Shown: positions 26,697 through 42,172 of the stretch, one piece after another
Layout: each line of letters starts with the position of its first letter
Position numbering within the stretch: position 1 is the stretch's first letter
Assembly: GCA_964016885.1 (NCBI GenBank)
Contig: OZ024748.1
Coordinates: forward strand, 48,918,001 to 48,982,000
DNA from: Eledone cirrhosa
Taxonomy: Eukaryota
DNA: 64,000 nt
Direction: 5' to 3'
The notes under the pieces: generated by a model
Seen by the model: the letters and a program-made list of their open reading frames with translations, nothing else
Told to the model about the DNA's origin: nothing
The model's database searches: none
Made by a program: the position numbers and the translations under genes

Positions 26697-27310
26697 TATA
26701 GCTGATGTTTATTTAAAACATAATTTAACAAAACATAAAATTATAATGTAAAGTTTTAAGACAAAAAACAAATACTTTGAAACAGACATTTGTGTAGAAC
26801 CACAGCTGGTTTGAGGCTGTTTCAGGCGGTTTCACAAGATTTAAACCAGATATTCAGTATAAATAAGAAAAATGTATTTATTCATCTAAATGTTATCTCT
26901 TCCATTAATCTTCATAACTTCCTGGAATTGTCATTCCATAATAAGAAAGACTTCTGGTGTTGTAGAGATGCCGTAGTCACATATGGTGTTTCTTGGGAAT
27001 TTTTAAAACCTGGTGGAGCAACATCCCCTCCCCAGGTGTGAACAGAGCTGATTTCATCCAGAGAGAGGGAGAGAGAGAGGGGGGAGTGAGATCTTGAGGA
27101 AGAATCAACTCCAGTACTGGACTGGCACTCTATATTTTATCACTGTAAGGATTAAAGCCAAAGTTGACCATGATGGGATTTGAAATCTGAATGTAAAGGG
27201 CCGTAACTATATGCTGCAAAGCATGTTGGCCCACACTCTACCAATTCTACCAATCCACCACTTTCAGAGCACAGAGAGTTGGAATGAAGACTGCAAAGAT
27301 ATTTTATCTG

Positions 27311-29066
27311 AGCCTCTAACAGCTCTACTCTATCTAGCCTCTAACAGCTCTACTCTATCTAGCCTCTAACAGCTCTACTCTATCTAGCCTCTAACAACTA
27401 GCCTCTATCTAGCCTCTAACAACTAGCCTCTATCTAGCCTCTAACAACTAGCCTCTAACAGCTCTACTCTATCTAGCCTCTAACAACTCTACTCTATCTA
27501 GCCTCTAACAACTCTACTCTATCTAGCCTCTAACAACTAGCCTCTATCTAGCCTCTAACATCTAGCCTCTAACAACTCTACTCTATCTAGCCTCTAACAA
27601 CTAGCCTCTAACAGCTCTACTCTATCTAGCCTCTAACAACTAGCCTCTAACAGCTCTACTCTATCTAGCCTCTAACAGCTCTACTCTATCTAGCCTCTAA
27701 CAACTCTACTCTATCTAGCCTCTAACAGCTCTACTCTATCTAGCCTCTAACAACTAGCCTCTAACAGCTCTACTCTATCTAGCCTCTAACAGCTCTACTC
27801 TATCTAGCCTCTAACAACTCTACTCTATCTAGCCTCTAACAGCTCTACTCTATCTAGCCTCTAACAACTAGCCTCTAACAGCTCTACTCTATCTAGCCTC
27901 TAACAACTCTACTCTATCTAGCCTCTAACAACTAGCCTCTAACAGCTCTACTCTATCTAGCCTCTAACAACTAGCCTCTAACAGCTCTACTCTATCTAGC
28001 CTCTAACAACTAGCCTCTAACAGCTCTACTCTATCTAGCCTCTAACAACTAGCCTCTAACAGCTCTACTCTATCTAGCCTCTAACAACTAGCCTCTAACA
28101 GCTCTACTCTATCTAGCCTCTAACAACTAGCCTCTATCTAGCCTCTAACAACTAGCCTCTAACAGCTCTACTCTATCTAGCCTCTAACAACTCTACTCTA
28201 TCTAGCCTCTAACAACTCTACTCTATCTAGCCTCTAACAACTAGCCTCTATCTAGCCTCTAACAACTAGCCTCTATCTAGCCTCTAACAACTAGCCTCTA
28301 ACAGCTCTACTCTATCTAGCCTCTAACAACTCTACTCTATCTAGCCTCTAACAACTAGCCTCTAACAGCTCTACTCTATCTAGCCTCTAACAGCTCTACT
28401 CTATCTAGCCTCTAACAACTAGCCTCTATCTAGCCTCTAACAACTAGCCTCTAACAGCTCTACTCTATCTAGCCTCTAACAACTCTACTCTATCTAGCCT
28501 CTAACAACTAGCCTCTAACAGCTCTACTCTATCTAGCCTCTAACAACTAGCCTCTAACAGCTCTACTCTATCTAGCCTCTAACAACTCTACTCTATCTAG
28601 CCTCTAACAGCTCTACTCTATCTAGCCTCTAACAACTAGCCTCTAACAACTAGCCTCTAACAGCTCTACTCTATCTAGCCTCTAACAACTAGCCTCTATC
28701 TAGCCTCTAACAACTAGCCTCTAACAGCTCTACTCTATCTAGCCTCTCACAACTAGCCTCTAACAGCTCTACTCTATCTAGCCTCTAACAACTAGCCTCT
28801 AACAGCTCTACTCTATCTAGCCTCTAACAACTAGCCTCTAACAGCTCTACTCTATCTAGCCTCTAACAACTAGCCTCTATCTAGCCTCTAACAACTAGCC
28901 TCTAACAGCTCTACTCTATCTAGCCTCTAACAACTCTACTCTATCTAGCCTCTAACAACTAGCCTCTAACAGCTCTACTCTATTTAGCCTCTAACAACTA
29001 GCTTCTAACAGCTCTACTCTATCTAGCCTCTAACAACTCTACTCTATCTAGCCTCTAACAACTCTA
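27311..29066. repeat. Composite minisatellite of 25-bp (agcctctaacagctctactctatct), 14-bp (agcctctaacaact) and 11-bp (agcctctatct) units
   Basis: Directly visible. Confidence 0.95.
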
Positions 29067-29172
29067 CCAATTCACCTCAGAAGACTGTAAAGATATTTTC
29101 ATGATATTGCAACAATTAAAAGCCATTCATATTTCAATTCATATTTTATTTTCTAATCCCCCTCTCTCTTTT

Positions 29173-29247
<75 letters not shown>

Positions 29248-29544
29248 GCTGTATGCATATGTGTATTTGTGCGTTTGTGTATGTGTGTGTTAATGTGTGT
29301 CTGTGTTGATGTGTTGTGTGGGGAGCACTTTTAAGTATGTGTGATCATGTATATGTTTCTGTGTTTAAGTGTGTGGAGGTTGTATGTGTGCGTGTGTGGA
29401 TATACATGTTTGTGTGTGTGGATATACATATGTGTTTGTGTGTGGATATACATGTGTTTGTGTGTGTGGATATACATATGTGTTTGTGTGTGTCTTTATG
29501 TTGATGTGTTGTGTGGAGAGCAGTTTTATGTATGTGTGTGGGGT

Positions 29545-29810
29545 GGGTGGACAAGAACAGTTATTTGGGTGGGTGTGGCAGGTGGGAGGGGACAAGAACA
29601 GTTATGTGTGTGAATTGTGGCAGGGGGAGGGGACAAGAACAGTTATGTGGGTGGGTGTGGCAGGTGGGAGGGGACAAGAACAGTTATGTGGGTGGGTGTG
29701 GCAGGGGGAGGGGACAAGAACAGTTATGTGGGTGGGTGTGGCAGGGGGGGACAAGAACAGTTATGTGGGTGGGTGTGGCAGGGGGAGGGGACAAGAACAG
29801 TTATGTGGGT
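29545..29810. repeat. G-rich ~40-bp minisatellite (gggacaagaacagttatgtgggtgggtgtggcagggggag)
   Basis: About 7 copies. Confidence 0.9.
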
Positions 29811-30019
29811 GTGTGTGTGTATCATATATAATATAGGATATATAGTATTCAATATACACTATATACTATATAATATATACTGTGCCAGGAGTTGTGACCA
29901 CTAGATAGTATCAGCAATGGAAACATTGTTTCCTTGGTCCACTTTGACGAGTTCCACTCTACTCAGTAAGTGAACAAGGTCTGGGATTTTGTCGATCAAT
30001 TGATACAATATATATTATA

Positions 30020-32520
30020 CATACTATATAATATATACTATATAATATATACTATATAATATATACTATTTAATATATACTATATAATATGTACTATATA
30101 ATACATACTATATACTATATAATACATACTATATAATATATACTATTTAATATATACTATATAATATGTACTATATAATACATACTATATACTATATAAT
30201 ACATACTATATAATATATACTATATAATATGTACTATATAATACATACTATATAATATATACTATATACTATATTATATATACTATATAATATATAATAT
30301 ATACTATATACTATATAATATATACTATATTATATATACTATATACTATATATATATATACTATATATATATAAAACAGAAGATGTCTGTCTGTGTGTCT
30401 GTTTCCCTAAAACTCGAGAAGTACCCAACCGTTTTTTTTCAAACTTTACACATGTAACCCGTATGGCCCCGGAAGTGTTTTGAGCAAAAACAATTTCAAA
30501 TTTTCAATGCCCTAAGGACCGCATTAGGCGAATTAGCGATCTCTTTCTCTTTCTCTTAGTCTTTCTCTTTTTAGATAGATACGTAGATATGACGTCGCGC
30601 CTTCATATGTCTGTATGCCTGACTGTCTGCATTACATCATTATGATGCGATCAGTGTGTGTATATATATTCTTAAGCCAGGGAACGTCTTCACGAACCAA
30701 AGTATCGTCTTCCTGTTTTCCAGATTGATTTTTTTAGTTTCAGAAGATCCCGTCAAGTGTGAAACAGTGATTCTTTGCTTAAACTTTAATCTATTATTTT
30801 AATATATATATATAATTATATATTCATGGACAGATATTTTTGCATACACAATAACAAAATATAAACAAACGTATTTATTTCACGATAAGGATAAATATAT
30901 ATCAAAGGCTCGATAAGGATAAATATATATCAAATATATAAGAACCCTAGAGCAAATCCCAAGCAACGCCGGGCCATTCTGCTAGTATATACTATATAAT
31001 ATATACTATATAATATATACTATATAATATATACCATATACTCTATAATATATACTATATAATATATACCATATACTCTATAATGTATACTATATAATAT
31101 GTAATATATACTATATAATACATACTATATAATATACACTATATAATATACACTAGATAATATATATTGTATAATATATACTATATAATACATACTATAT
31201 AATATATAGTATATAATATACATACTATATAATATATACCATATAATATATACCATATAATACATACTATATAATATACACTATATAATACATACTATAT
31301 AATATATACTATATAATACATACTATATAATATATACCATATAATATGTACTATATAATATATACCATATAATACATACTATATAATATACACTATATAA
31401 TATATACTATATAATATATACCATATAATACATACTATATAATATATACCATATAATATATATATATAATATATACCATATAATACATACTATATAATAT
31501 ATACCATATAATATATACCATATAATATATACCATATAATATATACCATATAATACATACTATATAATATACACTATATAATATATACTATATAATATAT
31601 ACTATATAATATATACCATATACTCTATAATATATACTATATAATATATACCATATACTCTATAATGTATACTATATAATATGTAATATATACTATATAA
31701 TGCATACTATATAATATACACTATATAATATACACTAGATAATATATATTGTATAATATATACTATATAATACATACTATATAATATATAGTATATAATA
31801 TACATACTATATAATATATACTATATAATATATACTATATACTATATAATATATACCATATAATATATACCATATAATACATACTATATAATATACACTA
31901 TATAATACATACTATATAATATATACTATATAATACATACTATATAATATATACCATATAATATATACTATATAATATATACCATATAATACATACCATA
32001 TAATACATACCATATAATACATACTATATAATATACACTATATAATATATACTATATAATATATACCATATAATACATACTATATAATATATACCATATA
32101 ATATATATATATATAATATATACCATATAATACATACTATATAATATATACTATATAATATATACCATATAATATATACCATATAATATATACCATATAA
32201 TATATACTATATAATATATACCATATAATACATACTATATAATATACACTATATAATATATACTATATAATATAAACCATATAATATATACTATATAATA
32301 TATACTATATAATATACACTATATAATATATACTATATAATATACACTATATAATATATACTATATAATATACACTATATAATATACACTATATAATATA
32401 TACTAGATAATATACACTATACACTATATAATATATACTAGATAATATACACTATATAATATACACTATATAATATACACTATATAATATACACTATATA
32501 ATATACACTAGATAATATAT
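30020..32520. repeat. AT-rich ~14-bp minisatellite (tatataatatatac), interrupted by a Helitron
   Basis: Directly visible. Confidence 0.93.
30361..30985 (+). mobile_element. Non-autonomous Helitron
   Basis: 5' ctatatatatataaaacagaagatgtctgtctg; 3' ccc aagcaacgcc ggg ccattctgCTAG|t. 5' region shared with the 6032-6955 element. Confidence 0.8.
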
Positions 32521-33246
32521 ATATATATAATATAAAAGAGAGATGTGTATTGGTTGGTTGCTTGGCTGGTTGAATCACATGAAAGCTACACACACACATC
32601 TAAAAAGAGAAAGAGAGAGACACAGAGGGAGAGGCAGAAAGAGAGAGCTAGACCATTATACAGAGATACAATTAAAATGTTAAATATTCAGAGAGAGGGG
32701 AGAGAGAGGAGTGAGAGAGAGAGATGTCCCTGAAAAGTCTAGAAACAGCTTAAACTATAGATCCTTTGATCTATAGGAAGGTTTAACAATATTGCGTTAG
32801 CTTTTATAAAGTCGTTTTACAGTCTTTGATTTTACAGAACAAAGAAAAAGTGATACTATTTGAAATTAATCTACCCCCCAGCTTTAATCTATATACTACT
32901 TACAGACCGTACTAACGAAGCTAAACACTTCAGAAGCAATGTTATGCAGTATATTGCTGTGTTTCAGATGACGTCCTTTGGAGCTGAAAAAGATCACACT
33001 GACTATGGTTATTTCACATTTAAAATCCAAGGCCAATGCTACCATTTAATTGGCAGTTTACTCCCCCAGCCTAATAAGGTGGTTTATGATTGTTTTTAAC
33101 CCCCCCCCCTATCTCTCTCTCTCCTCCACACACACAAACATTACGGTCTCATCTCATACCAGACAACACATCCAATACAGTCATTTTTCCCTTTTATCTG
33201 TCTTCTCTTAACTATTCCCCCGGTCTAAGCCGGGTAACTCAGCTAG
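32521..33246 (+). mobile_element. Internally deleted Helitron retaining a Rep/Hel N-terminal fragment
   Basis: HFRSNVMQYIAVFQMTSFGA...TFKIQGQCYHLIGSLLP (32860-33070) is the Helitron N-terminal motif. 3' hairpin cccgg tctaag ccggg followed by CTAG|t at 33243-33247. Confidence 0.88.
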
Positions 33247-33735
33247 TATACTATATATTATATACTATATGATATAGCTATTTGTCCCAGATGGAAATTT
33301 TATTTAGACACAATGGAAAAAAGCGGAATAACAGCAAAAGCAAATGTCTGTGTATATATATATATGTGAGTGTATGTGTGTGTGTGTGTATATATATATA
33401 TGTGTGTATGGGGGGGGGGGGGTATAGGGACGGAGAGTGAAATTTCAGTCAGTTGTTCTTGTCATAGTTTATTCAATTTACAAATAAATCTAATTTATTT
33501 ACTGTTGGGGGCATTTATATATATTTTATTTATTTATTTATATATTTATTCATTTATTTATTTATTATTATCGTTTATATATATATATATATATATTTTT
33601 TTTTTTCTAAAAGAATTTTATAACCTCTGTTTCCTTATCCTAGTTTCATTTCAGTGTAAAATCTGTAATGATTATTAAATATATAAATGTGTGTGTATAG
33701 ATAGATGGAAAGAAAAACACACTACATACATACAT

Positions 33736-33770
<35 letters not shown>

Positions 33771-34682
33771 ACATCTAATATCCGCCTCGAGTTTCTATCT
33801 TTCTTGTCATGCTACTGCCTGCCTGTGTGTGTGTGTTTCTTACATTCTGATATAGTACTACAACATAATTCAGTTAAGCCATATTATAAAGAGGAGGGGG
33901 GGGGGTATTTATATATTCACATTTCCTTGTAAATAGGTTTTTAATTTAGTTTTAAAATAAAATATAAAAAAAAAAAACATTTATTTTTAAAAATTGAATT
34001 AATTAGGCGTAGCTGTGTATCTATTTCCAACCTTAACCCTTTAGCATTTAAACCAGCTGTACCTGGCCAGAATCATCCTCTCATCTGTTCAAACTGGCTG
34101 TAACCGGCCACTCATACTTATGTTAAGGTATTGTTCTCAAAATAAATAATATTAAAATCTCATAGATTCGACATTATGTGAGATAATTGTGTAAGATAAG
34201 GTCTTCACTGTGAAAGTACTATAGAATATATAGAGTAATGTGAATAATAAAGGGTTCATGTCAGTCAGGCTGTTGCCCAAAATGAATTAGTTTAAATGAA
34301 GGAGGCGGAGGATCTCAGAAGGATTCTCCTCTAATCCCACAACCAAGAAGGAAATTGTTAATTCTTTATTGTGATAGCACTAGTTATTGTATGTTTGTGT
34401 GTTTTCTGGTTTAAATCCAAAGAAAGACTAAACTAATGCTATTAGATACACACCAACAACAATCATCATCATCATCATCATCATCATCGTTTAACGTTTA
34501 TCTTCCACACTAGCAATAATATTTACATATATTTATTTAGCTATTCATAGTTGTGTATGTATACTGTATATATATATTTATGTTTGTATGTGTTTTACTA
34601 TATATTGATGATGATGATGCGTATCATCACCACCATTGTCATAACAGCATTTAACATCCATTTTTCCTGCTAGTGAGGGTTT

Positions 34683-34725
<43 letters not shown>

Positions 34726-36305
34726 TGACACAACATTATGTAAGACTATTGTCCGATTTGATACTGAAATAGATTATATCATTGGAGCTAACATTAAGGC
34801 ATGAAGATGGAGGGAGATATTATCTCTAATAAAATAACTTGTCCCAAGTATGAAACCAGATGGTAGCCTGATATTATGTTGCATACTATTGTTATTATGT
34901 AACTATATAAATAACTCTTCTGATATTTGGACAAGATACATGTGCTTATGAAGTGAACTCCTTTACCACATAGCTAAAACAAAATGCTTTGCTGGGTGTA
35001 TAATGCTATCGTGTGTGTGTAAATAGAGCACAATTGAACTAAGAGACAAGTTTAGTATACAGGGAATTGAATGTAGCATGCAAAAGAGATGATTGTTTGG
35101 GTTTGGAGACATGTGATAGGTAAGGAGAGTGAGAATTGTTTAAAACAAAAGTGTCAAGCACTTAAGTTGGATGGAACCTGTGAAAGAGGGAAGACATGGA
35201 ACAGAGTTGTGGAGAATGACCTCAGGAAACATCAAGAGGATGACACAGGATCAAATTTCATATTTAAATGACACAGGATCATATTTAAATACATACATAA
35301 TTTGATCAACATTCGGCTGAGTTTGTTTACTCAAAACGGTTGTACAGCATTTTTTTTTTTTTTTCGGAATATGTTAAGAAATGTGAATAATGAGTAATAG
35401 GGTTTAACTGATGTTATTTGCTTTTGTCTTTGTTGTGATGTATGTAGTATGTGCTGTTGTATATAGTACATAGTATGTCCTGGTCTATATAGTACGTAGT
35501 ATGTCCTGTTCTATATAGTAGGTAGTGTCATCATCATCATTGTTTTTAAGATCATTTTTCCATGCTTACATGGATTGGATGAGTCCTTCTCAGCACAGCA
35601 TCTCTCCACTCGCCTTTCGTTATTTCCTCTGTGAATCTCAGCGATTTGAAGTCAGCTCTCACCACCTCTGCCCGGGTCTTTCTTGTATGTCTTGTTATAT
35701 ATAGTAACATTAGTAGTATAATTAAATGTATGTATATTTAGGTTAATGTAAGGTGCAACAATTTCTTTATACAAAATTTGTAATCCTTTTCACAATTTTA
35801 AAATGTTTCCATTCTTGTGACAAGTCATTACTGATGTCACAACATCTTCATAATATATAAAAACAATGCCACTCCTACACTAACAATGCCATTTACCATA
35901 AATACTCAAATACAAGTCAAGGAATATGTGACAAAAAATCGATGATAAAATGAAAAGTGGGAGCTTATATATGCCATCTAAACAATTTGTTGATTAGCAG
36001 GCAAATGGGGGTTTGAGTTTTTGCCCATTTCTCGGACATAAAAAAGGGGGACAGCTTATTTTGGAATATATAAAATAAGTTGACAATGATGAAATTGAAA
36101 CAGAAGATGATTTTGATGATTTTTGAGATTGGCAACGATGACAAAATTAAAGTTGACAACAATGAAATTGAGACAGAAAGTTCTGAGATTGAGGATGGCG
36201 ATGATTTGGATGATTTTTGAGATTGACATTGAATCAAGTTGAAGTTAATAATGACTAATTTGAGTAGGAAACCCTGTCAGTATACTGACCAATTTCATGA
36301 TGAAA

Positions 36306-36525
36306 TAATGGTTTCTGATTTAGACACAAAGCCAGTAATTTTGGGGGTAGGGAGAGTTGATTAAATTGACCCCAGTGTGTTACTGGTACTTTATTTTATT
36401 GACCCCCGTAAGGATGAAAGACAAAGCTAACCTCGGCGGGATTTGAACTCAAAACATAAAGAAACATAACTATATGCCACAAAGCATGTTGTCCAACACT
36501 CTGCTATACTGCTAATCCACTGCCC
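36306..36525 (-). mobile_element. SINE family A variant
   Basis: ctggtactttattttattgaccccc...ggatttgaactc. Confidence 0.8.
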
Positions 36526-36911
36526 TTGTTGAAATAATGCCTGTGATGGAATTGAACTCAAAACATTTGAGTTAGATATGCAATACTTTATCCAGATAGC
36601 CATCATCTTTACTTTTATCCAATTTTGTCTTCCTACATTCTGAACGTGCAGAATCAAAAGCAACGTCCTGAAACTCTTTGGTCATGTAAAATGTTCACAA
36701 AATGGTCTTTCTAAAACATGTATGGAGGTTATGATTCAGGATAAAAGAAATTTGGATAGGACACCGAGGTGCTGATGAGGCAATTTCTTTAAATGGTCTG
36801 GTCTAAATTTATATGAACTACACCTACACAAAATATGGAAACTTTAGAAAGAACTAAGTCATGTTAGTGTGCAATCTGCCGAAGGCAGAGAATGATGTTG
36901 ACTTACTGAAT

Positions 36912-37105
36912 TACTGTATATATTCGAATATAAGCTGAGGAATATGTGATAAAAAAATACATAGTAGAATGATGTGGGGTCAGCTAATATATGCCATATA
37001 AACAAAGTGTTGATAGCTGTCTTGGCTTATAAATGGGGTTTGGATTTTGTCTCATTTCTCAGACATAAAATAGGGGAGTCAGCTAATATTTGGGTATATA
37101 CAGTA
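36912..37105. mobile_element. MITE with TA-flanked imperfect TIRs (Tc1/mariner-pogo-like, by inference)
   Basis: ta-ctgtatatattcgaatat ... atatttgggtatatacag-ta. Partial copies at 5850-6031 and about 35930-36075. Confidence 0.7.
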
Positions 37106-38066
37106 ATATTTTACCTGTGATTACCAAGTCATTTATTCAGGGTCAATAGAATAAGTTATGTTAACTCTAATATACAGGTGTCGATTTTTTTTTTATCAGT
37201 CAGCTATGTTAATACACACCTGCCTCACCACCTGTATAAAATATTGGCTGTGATTTCTAATATACATGTGGATGTCGATTTTATTTATCAGTCAGCTATA
37301 ATCATAGCTCCCTGCCTCACCACCTGTATAAAATATTGACCAACACACACACACAAAATCAATATTTCCTTAAAAAGAATTCTTGTGAGTTTGCCAATCT
37401 TGCTTTAAATAATTCTGATATTTCTTTTCATTGTATAACAATTCCGATCAACTGTCATTGTCTATTTAATGAAGGAATTTTACATTTTTTAGTTAATTAG
37501 ATTAAATTCAAAGCAGTATTGGTAGGGACCCATAACTCCTGAGGGAGTCATTGGGCCGCCAGTGTTTCTTGGGGCATCTTCAAACCTGGTGAAGTCCATC
37601 CCTTCTGCAGCCATGAGTATAGCAGGTTTCGTCCAGAGAAGGATAGAGTGAAAGAATGGAAGTGAGGAATAGATATAGAGGAAGAATCGAGCCCAGCATT
37701 TGACTGGTACCGGAATTGGCCAGTTTTAATTAATCCTTTTTATTTTTTTCCCCCAAAACCTTTACCACCTTCACTAACACTTGCATAATTCTTCTATATG
37801 CCATAAATCATGTCAGATGCTCTACCAATACTGCTAATCCACTGTCTTGTAATGCCTGCTAAATAATGAGAAAATTCATTATATTACTAAATCCCTCCAA
37901 ATTCTTCATTATTTTCAAAATTATTTGAAAATCATAGGCAGTGTATTTCATTAGAAATATGGTAAGAAAAATGTTAAAGTATTTATATTTATCTAAAAGC
38001 CATCCATCATAATTTCATGTAAGAACTTTTGGTAAGTTATGTCCCATGAGAAAGTTCATTATATTA

Positions 38067-38241
38067 ATTGGTAGAGGGTTGGACGCCATGCTTTGCAGCA
38101 AAGCATTACGGCCCTTTATAGTCTGAGTTCAAATCCTGCCAAGGTTAACTTTGCCTTTCATCCTTACGAGGGTCGATAAAATAAAGTACCAGTAATGCAC
38201 TGGGTAATTGCTGGCCTTGTGCCAAAAGTAGAAACAATTAT
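38067..38241 (+). mobile_element. SINE family A
   Basis: Consensus match. Confidence 0.88.
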
Positions 38242-39118
38242 ATTACTAAATTATTCATCAGAAATATGGTAATGAAAGGGTTAAATTGCTGGCAGGCTGA
38301 TCTCTAAATGACCGGCAGGCTGGTCTCTAAATGACTGGTTGGTTGGCTTGTCTCTAAATTACTGGTTGGCTGCTAACTTGACTGCTTGGTCTTTAAATGG
38401 CTTGCTGCAAATATTTTCCAATTTGTTAATTGATGCTGTACCAAAACTCTTTCACCCCCCTCCCCCTCCCTCTCTTACACAAGATTTCATTAACCATATC
38501 AGTAGTATCTCTTACAACAGAGTGAAGTGTTAAATTATTATCGATATTCAGTTGACATTGATTTTATTTGCCATATCTTCATTCAAGACAAACATGCTTG
38601 CAATTTTTTCTTTAGGAATTCTTGAAACATTTCAACTAATTTTCCTGCCACTATTTTATATATGTTCATACTTGTTTTTGTTTTACTATCATTATCATGG
38701 TTTTTTTATTACATTTTTTGTTGTATATATTTTTTAAATTACTCTCCTTCATAGTTTTTATATATTTTCCCCACACCACCACCACCACCACCACCACCAC
38801 CACTAGTCTGCTTCTACTCTCTCTTCTCCTCTCTTAACCTATCTTTCTTCCCACTCCCCTCTTCCAGTATTAATATTGATTTCTTACATTGGCATAAGGC
38901 CATCTACAAAATTCATAGGTGTTTGTTTGTGTGTGTGTGAAGGATGTATGTGTGTGTGTGAAGGATGTATGTGTGTGTGTGTGAAGGAGAGTGTGTGTGT
39001 AAGAGTGTGTGTGAAAGAGTGTATGTGTGAAGGAGAGTATGTGTGTGTAAGAGTGTGTGTGTGAAGGAGAGTGTGTGTGTGAAAGTGTGTGTGTGTGTGA
39101 AAGAATGTATATGTGAAG

Positions 39119-39155
<37 letters not shown>

Positions 39156-39551
39156 GGAGTGAGATGGAGATATAGTTGTTGGCATTGAACCAGTATATTA
39201 CTGGTATACTTAGTACTTATTTTTTATTAAAGCCAGAAGGATAAAAATGCTAAGTTGATATATTATTAATGTTGAAAAGGTTTGAGAGGAATTATCAATG
39301 ACAGAGGTCGATCTGCTTAAGTATGCGGAGAGTGATATTTCCAAACAGTATGTTGTTATTTTCTAAAATGGGAACAAAATGTAAATTTGCTCTTGGAATT
39401 GAGATCATTGAGAAGTAAATTAGCAGAACCATTAAAGCATGATTTTATTGGCTCTGGCTCCCTTGTTCTGACTTCAAATCCAACCAAAGTTAGTTTATCT
39501 TTCATCTTTCCAGGGTGGATAAATAAAATACCAGTCAATTATTGGGGTTGA

Positions 39552-39584
<33 letters not shown>

Positions 39585-39727
39585 CATATACCAGGAACAA
39601 TGTCATGGGGACTACTGCTAACATCTCCCCTCCATCCAGAAGTGGAGTGGAGTTGGGTCACGTTAGGCTGGGTTGGGTGAGAAACTAACAATCTCTTCTC
39701 ATAGAGAGTGTGTGTGTTTGTATATAC

Positions 39728-39816
<89 letters not shown>

Positions 39817-39929
39817 CTATATATGTGTGTGTGTGTATTTGTAAAATTGGAGTATTCTCAGTGCAAAAGGTAGCCATAAACAGCTGGATACTATTTGCAT
39901 AGTTAAAAATGTTTTTGGGAGGTGGAGGT

Positions 39930-40690
39930 AAGATATAACCACAAATCAAATGGCCAAGCTCATGGATGTTATCCAACCATCTTGCTGGTGGTCTGCCCCT
40001 GGGTCTCCTGTTGGTTTTGATCATAAAATCTGTCCAGTAACTCTTTCCTGGGACATTCTAACCACATGCCCATAGTATCGGAGCTGTGATCTATCAATTC
40101 AGAGAAGTAGTGGCTCTACTTAGAGAAACTCTCTGATCTCCGAGCTACACACTCTATTGAGTAATGTTACTCCAAAGAATCTTCGGAAGAAACCCATTTC
40201 AATCGCTTGTATTTGCAATCGTATTCTTTTGGTTATTACCCAAGATTTGACCATGGGTAAGGGTTGACATAAATAACAAACTGAAGTGAGTTTGGCTTTT
40301 ACACCTACCTCCCTTCGTCTGACTACTGAATGCTGAAGCTGGCGCATTACTGCACCAGCTCTAGCAATTCTTGCACTTATTTCAGTCTCCTGCCTTCCAT
40401 CACTCGTGAACACAGCCCCGAGATATTTGAACTTCTCCACTTGCTTCAGTGGAACTCCATTCACACTGTAGAGTGCACTGTGCAGGCTTGCTTAAGAGGA
40501 CGAGTGTCTCAGTTTTAGCAGCTCCTGCCAGTTTTGTCGGCTTCTTTGGCTTTAGGTCATTTCAAGTTGCAGATAACTAGATGGTGATCAGTTGACAGCT
40601 CAGCTCATCTCTTCACTTGAACATCCAACACTGAACCAGAGATCAGAGACAATAACGAAATCAATTATTGATCTCTGTCTTCGATTCCCC
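39930..40690 (-). mobile_element. Decayed, internally deleted RTE-like LINE
   Basis: RSIIDFVIVS (APE endonuclease end), LKQVEKFKYLGAVFTSDGRQETEISARIARA (RT thumb), RRPRGRPPARWLDNI (C-terminus). Confidence 0.85.
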
Positions 40691-40795
<105 letters not shown>

Positions 40796-41173
40796 TACAC
40801 ACACACACACATACATATACATACACACACACACATGCATATACATACACACACACATATACATATACATACACACACACACACGCATATACATACACAC
40901 ACACACACATACATATATATACACACACACAAACAAACACACATATGCTCTTATATTTATATATACATATATATGTATATATACATATATACATATATAT
41001 ATATACATATGTATATATATTAATTGTTTTTGCATAACTTTTAATAATACAAAAGAATGGCTAGATTACATAAATTCAAAAAAACACACACATTCACACA
41101 GACTCTATAACACTGCCACACACACACATTAGCCGAAACACTATACAAACACACACACATATTAATGCAAACA

Positions 41174-41288
<115 letters not shown>

Positions 41289-41699
41289 GAGAGACAGACT
41301 CTAGAGAGAGAGACTGTTGTGTAATGAAGCCTGATGTTTACTAACAGACATTAGTAATGTAGAGTAGTTATTGTTCATATTGTTACTGTTATTGCCTTCT
41401 TCAAAGGGAGTTTTAACTATTTTAGTTCTTCTTTGATCACAAGACTCCCTCCACCCCCACCCCCACCCATCATAAGTCTCCCCCACCCCACACAGATCAT
41501 AACAGTCTCCCCCACCACACACTGATCATACCAGCCCCCCCCCCTCCACTCCACTGATCATACCAGTCCCCCACCCCCCAGTCACATAATGTAACCACAA
41601 CAGTCCTCCACCCACACAACTCCACCACTCACTAAAATAACGAAAAACAACAAAAAAAATCTATTGATACTTTGGTAAACCACCCACATACACTTAGCT

Positions 41700-42128
41700 T
41701 GGACATATTCACACACACACAACAACATACACACACACACACACACATACAGACGTACAACAACATACGCACACACACAGACACACAAGAACATATGCAC
41801 ACACATACATATGAATATTTGCACACACACACATATAGACACACAAGAACATTTGCACACACACACACACATACACATACAGACGTTCAACAACATACAC
41901 ACACAGACACAGATACACAAGAACATATACACACACATACATATGAACATTTACACACATACACATATAGACACACAAGAACATTTGCACACACACACAC
42001 ACACATACAAGAACATATGCATACACACACACAGACATACAAGAACATATGCATACACACACACACACATATACACAAGAACATTTGCACACAGACACAC
42101 ACACACAAGAATATTTGCGCATACAGAC

Positions 42129-42172
<44 letters not shown>

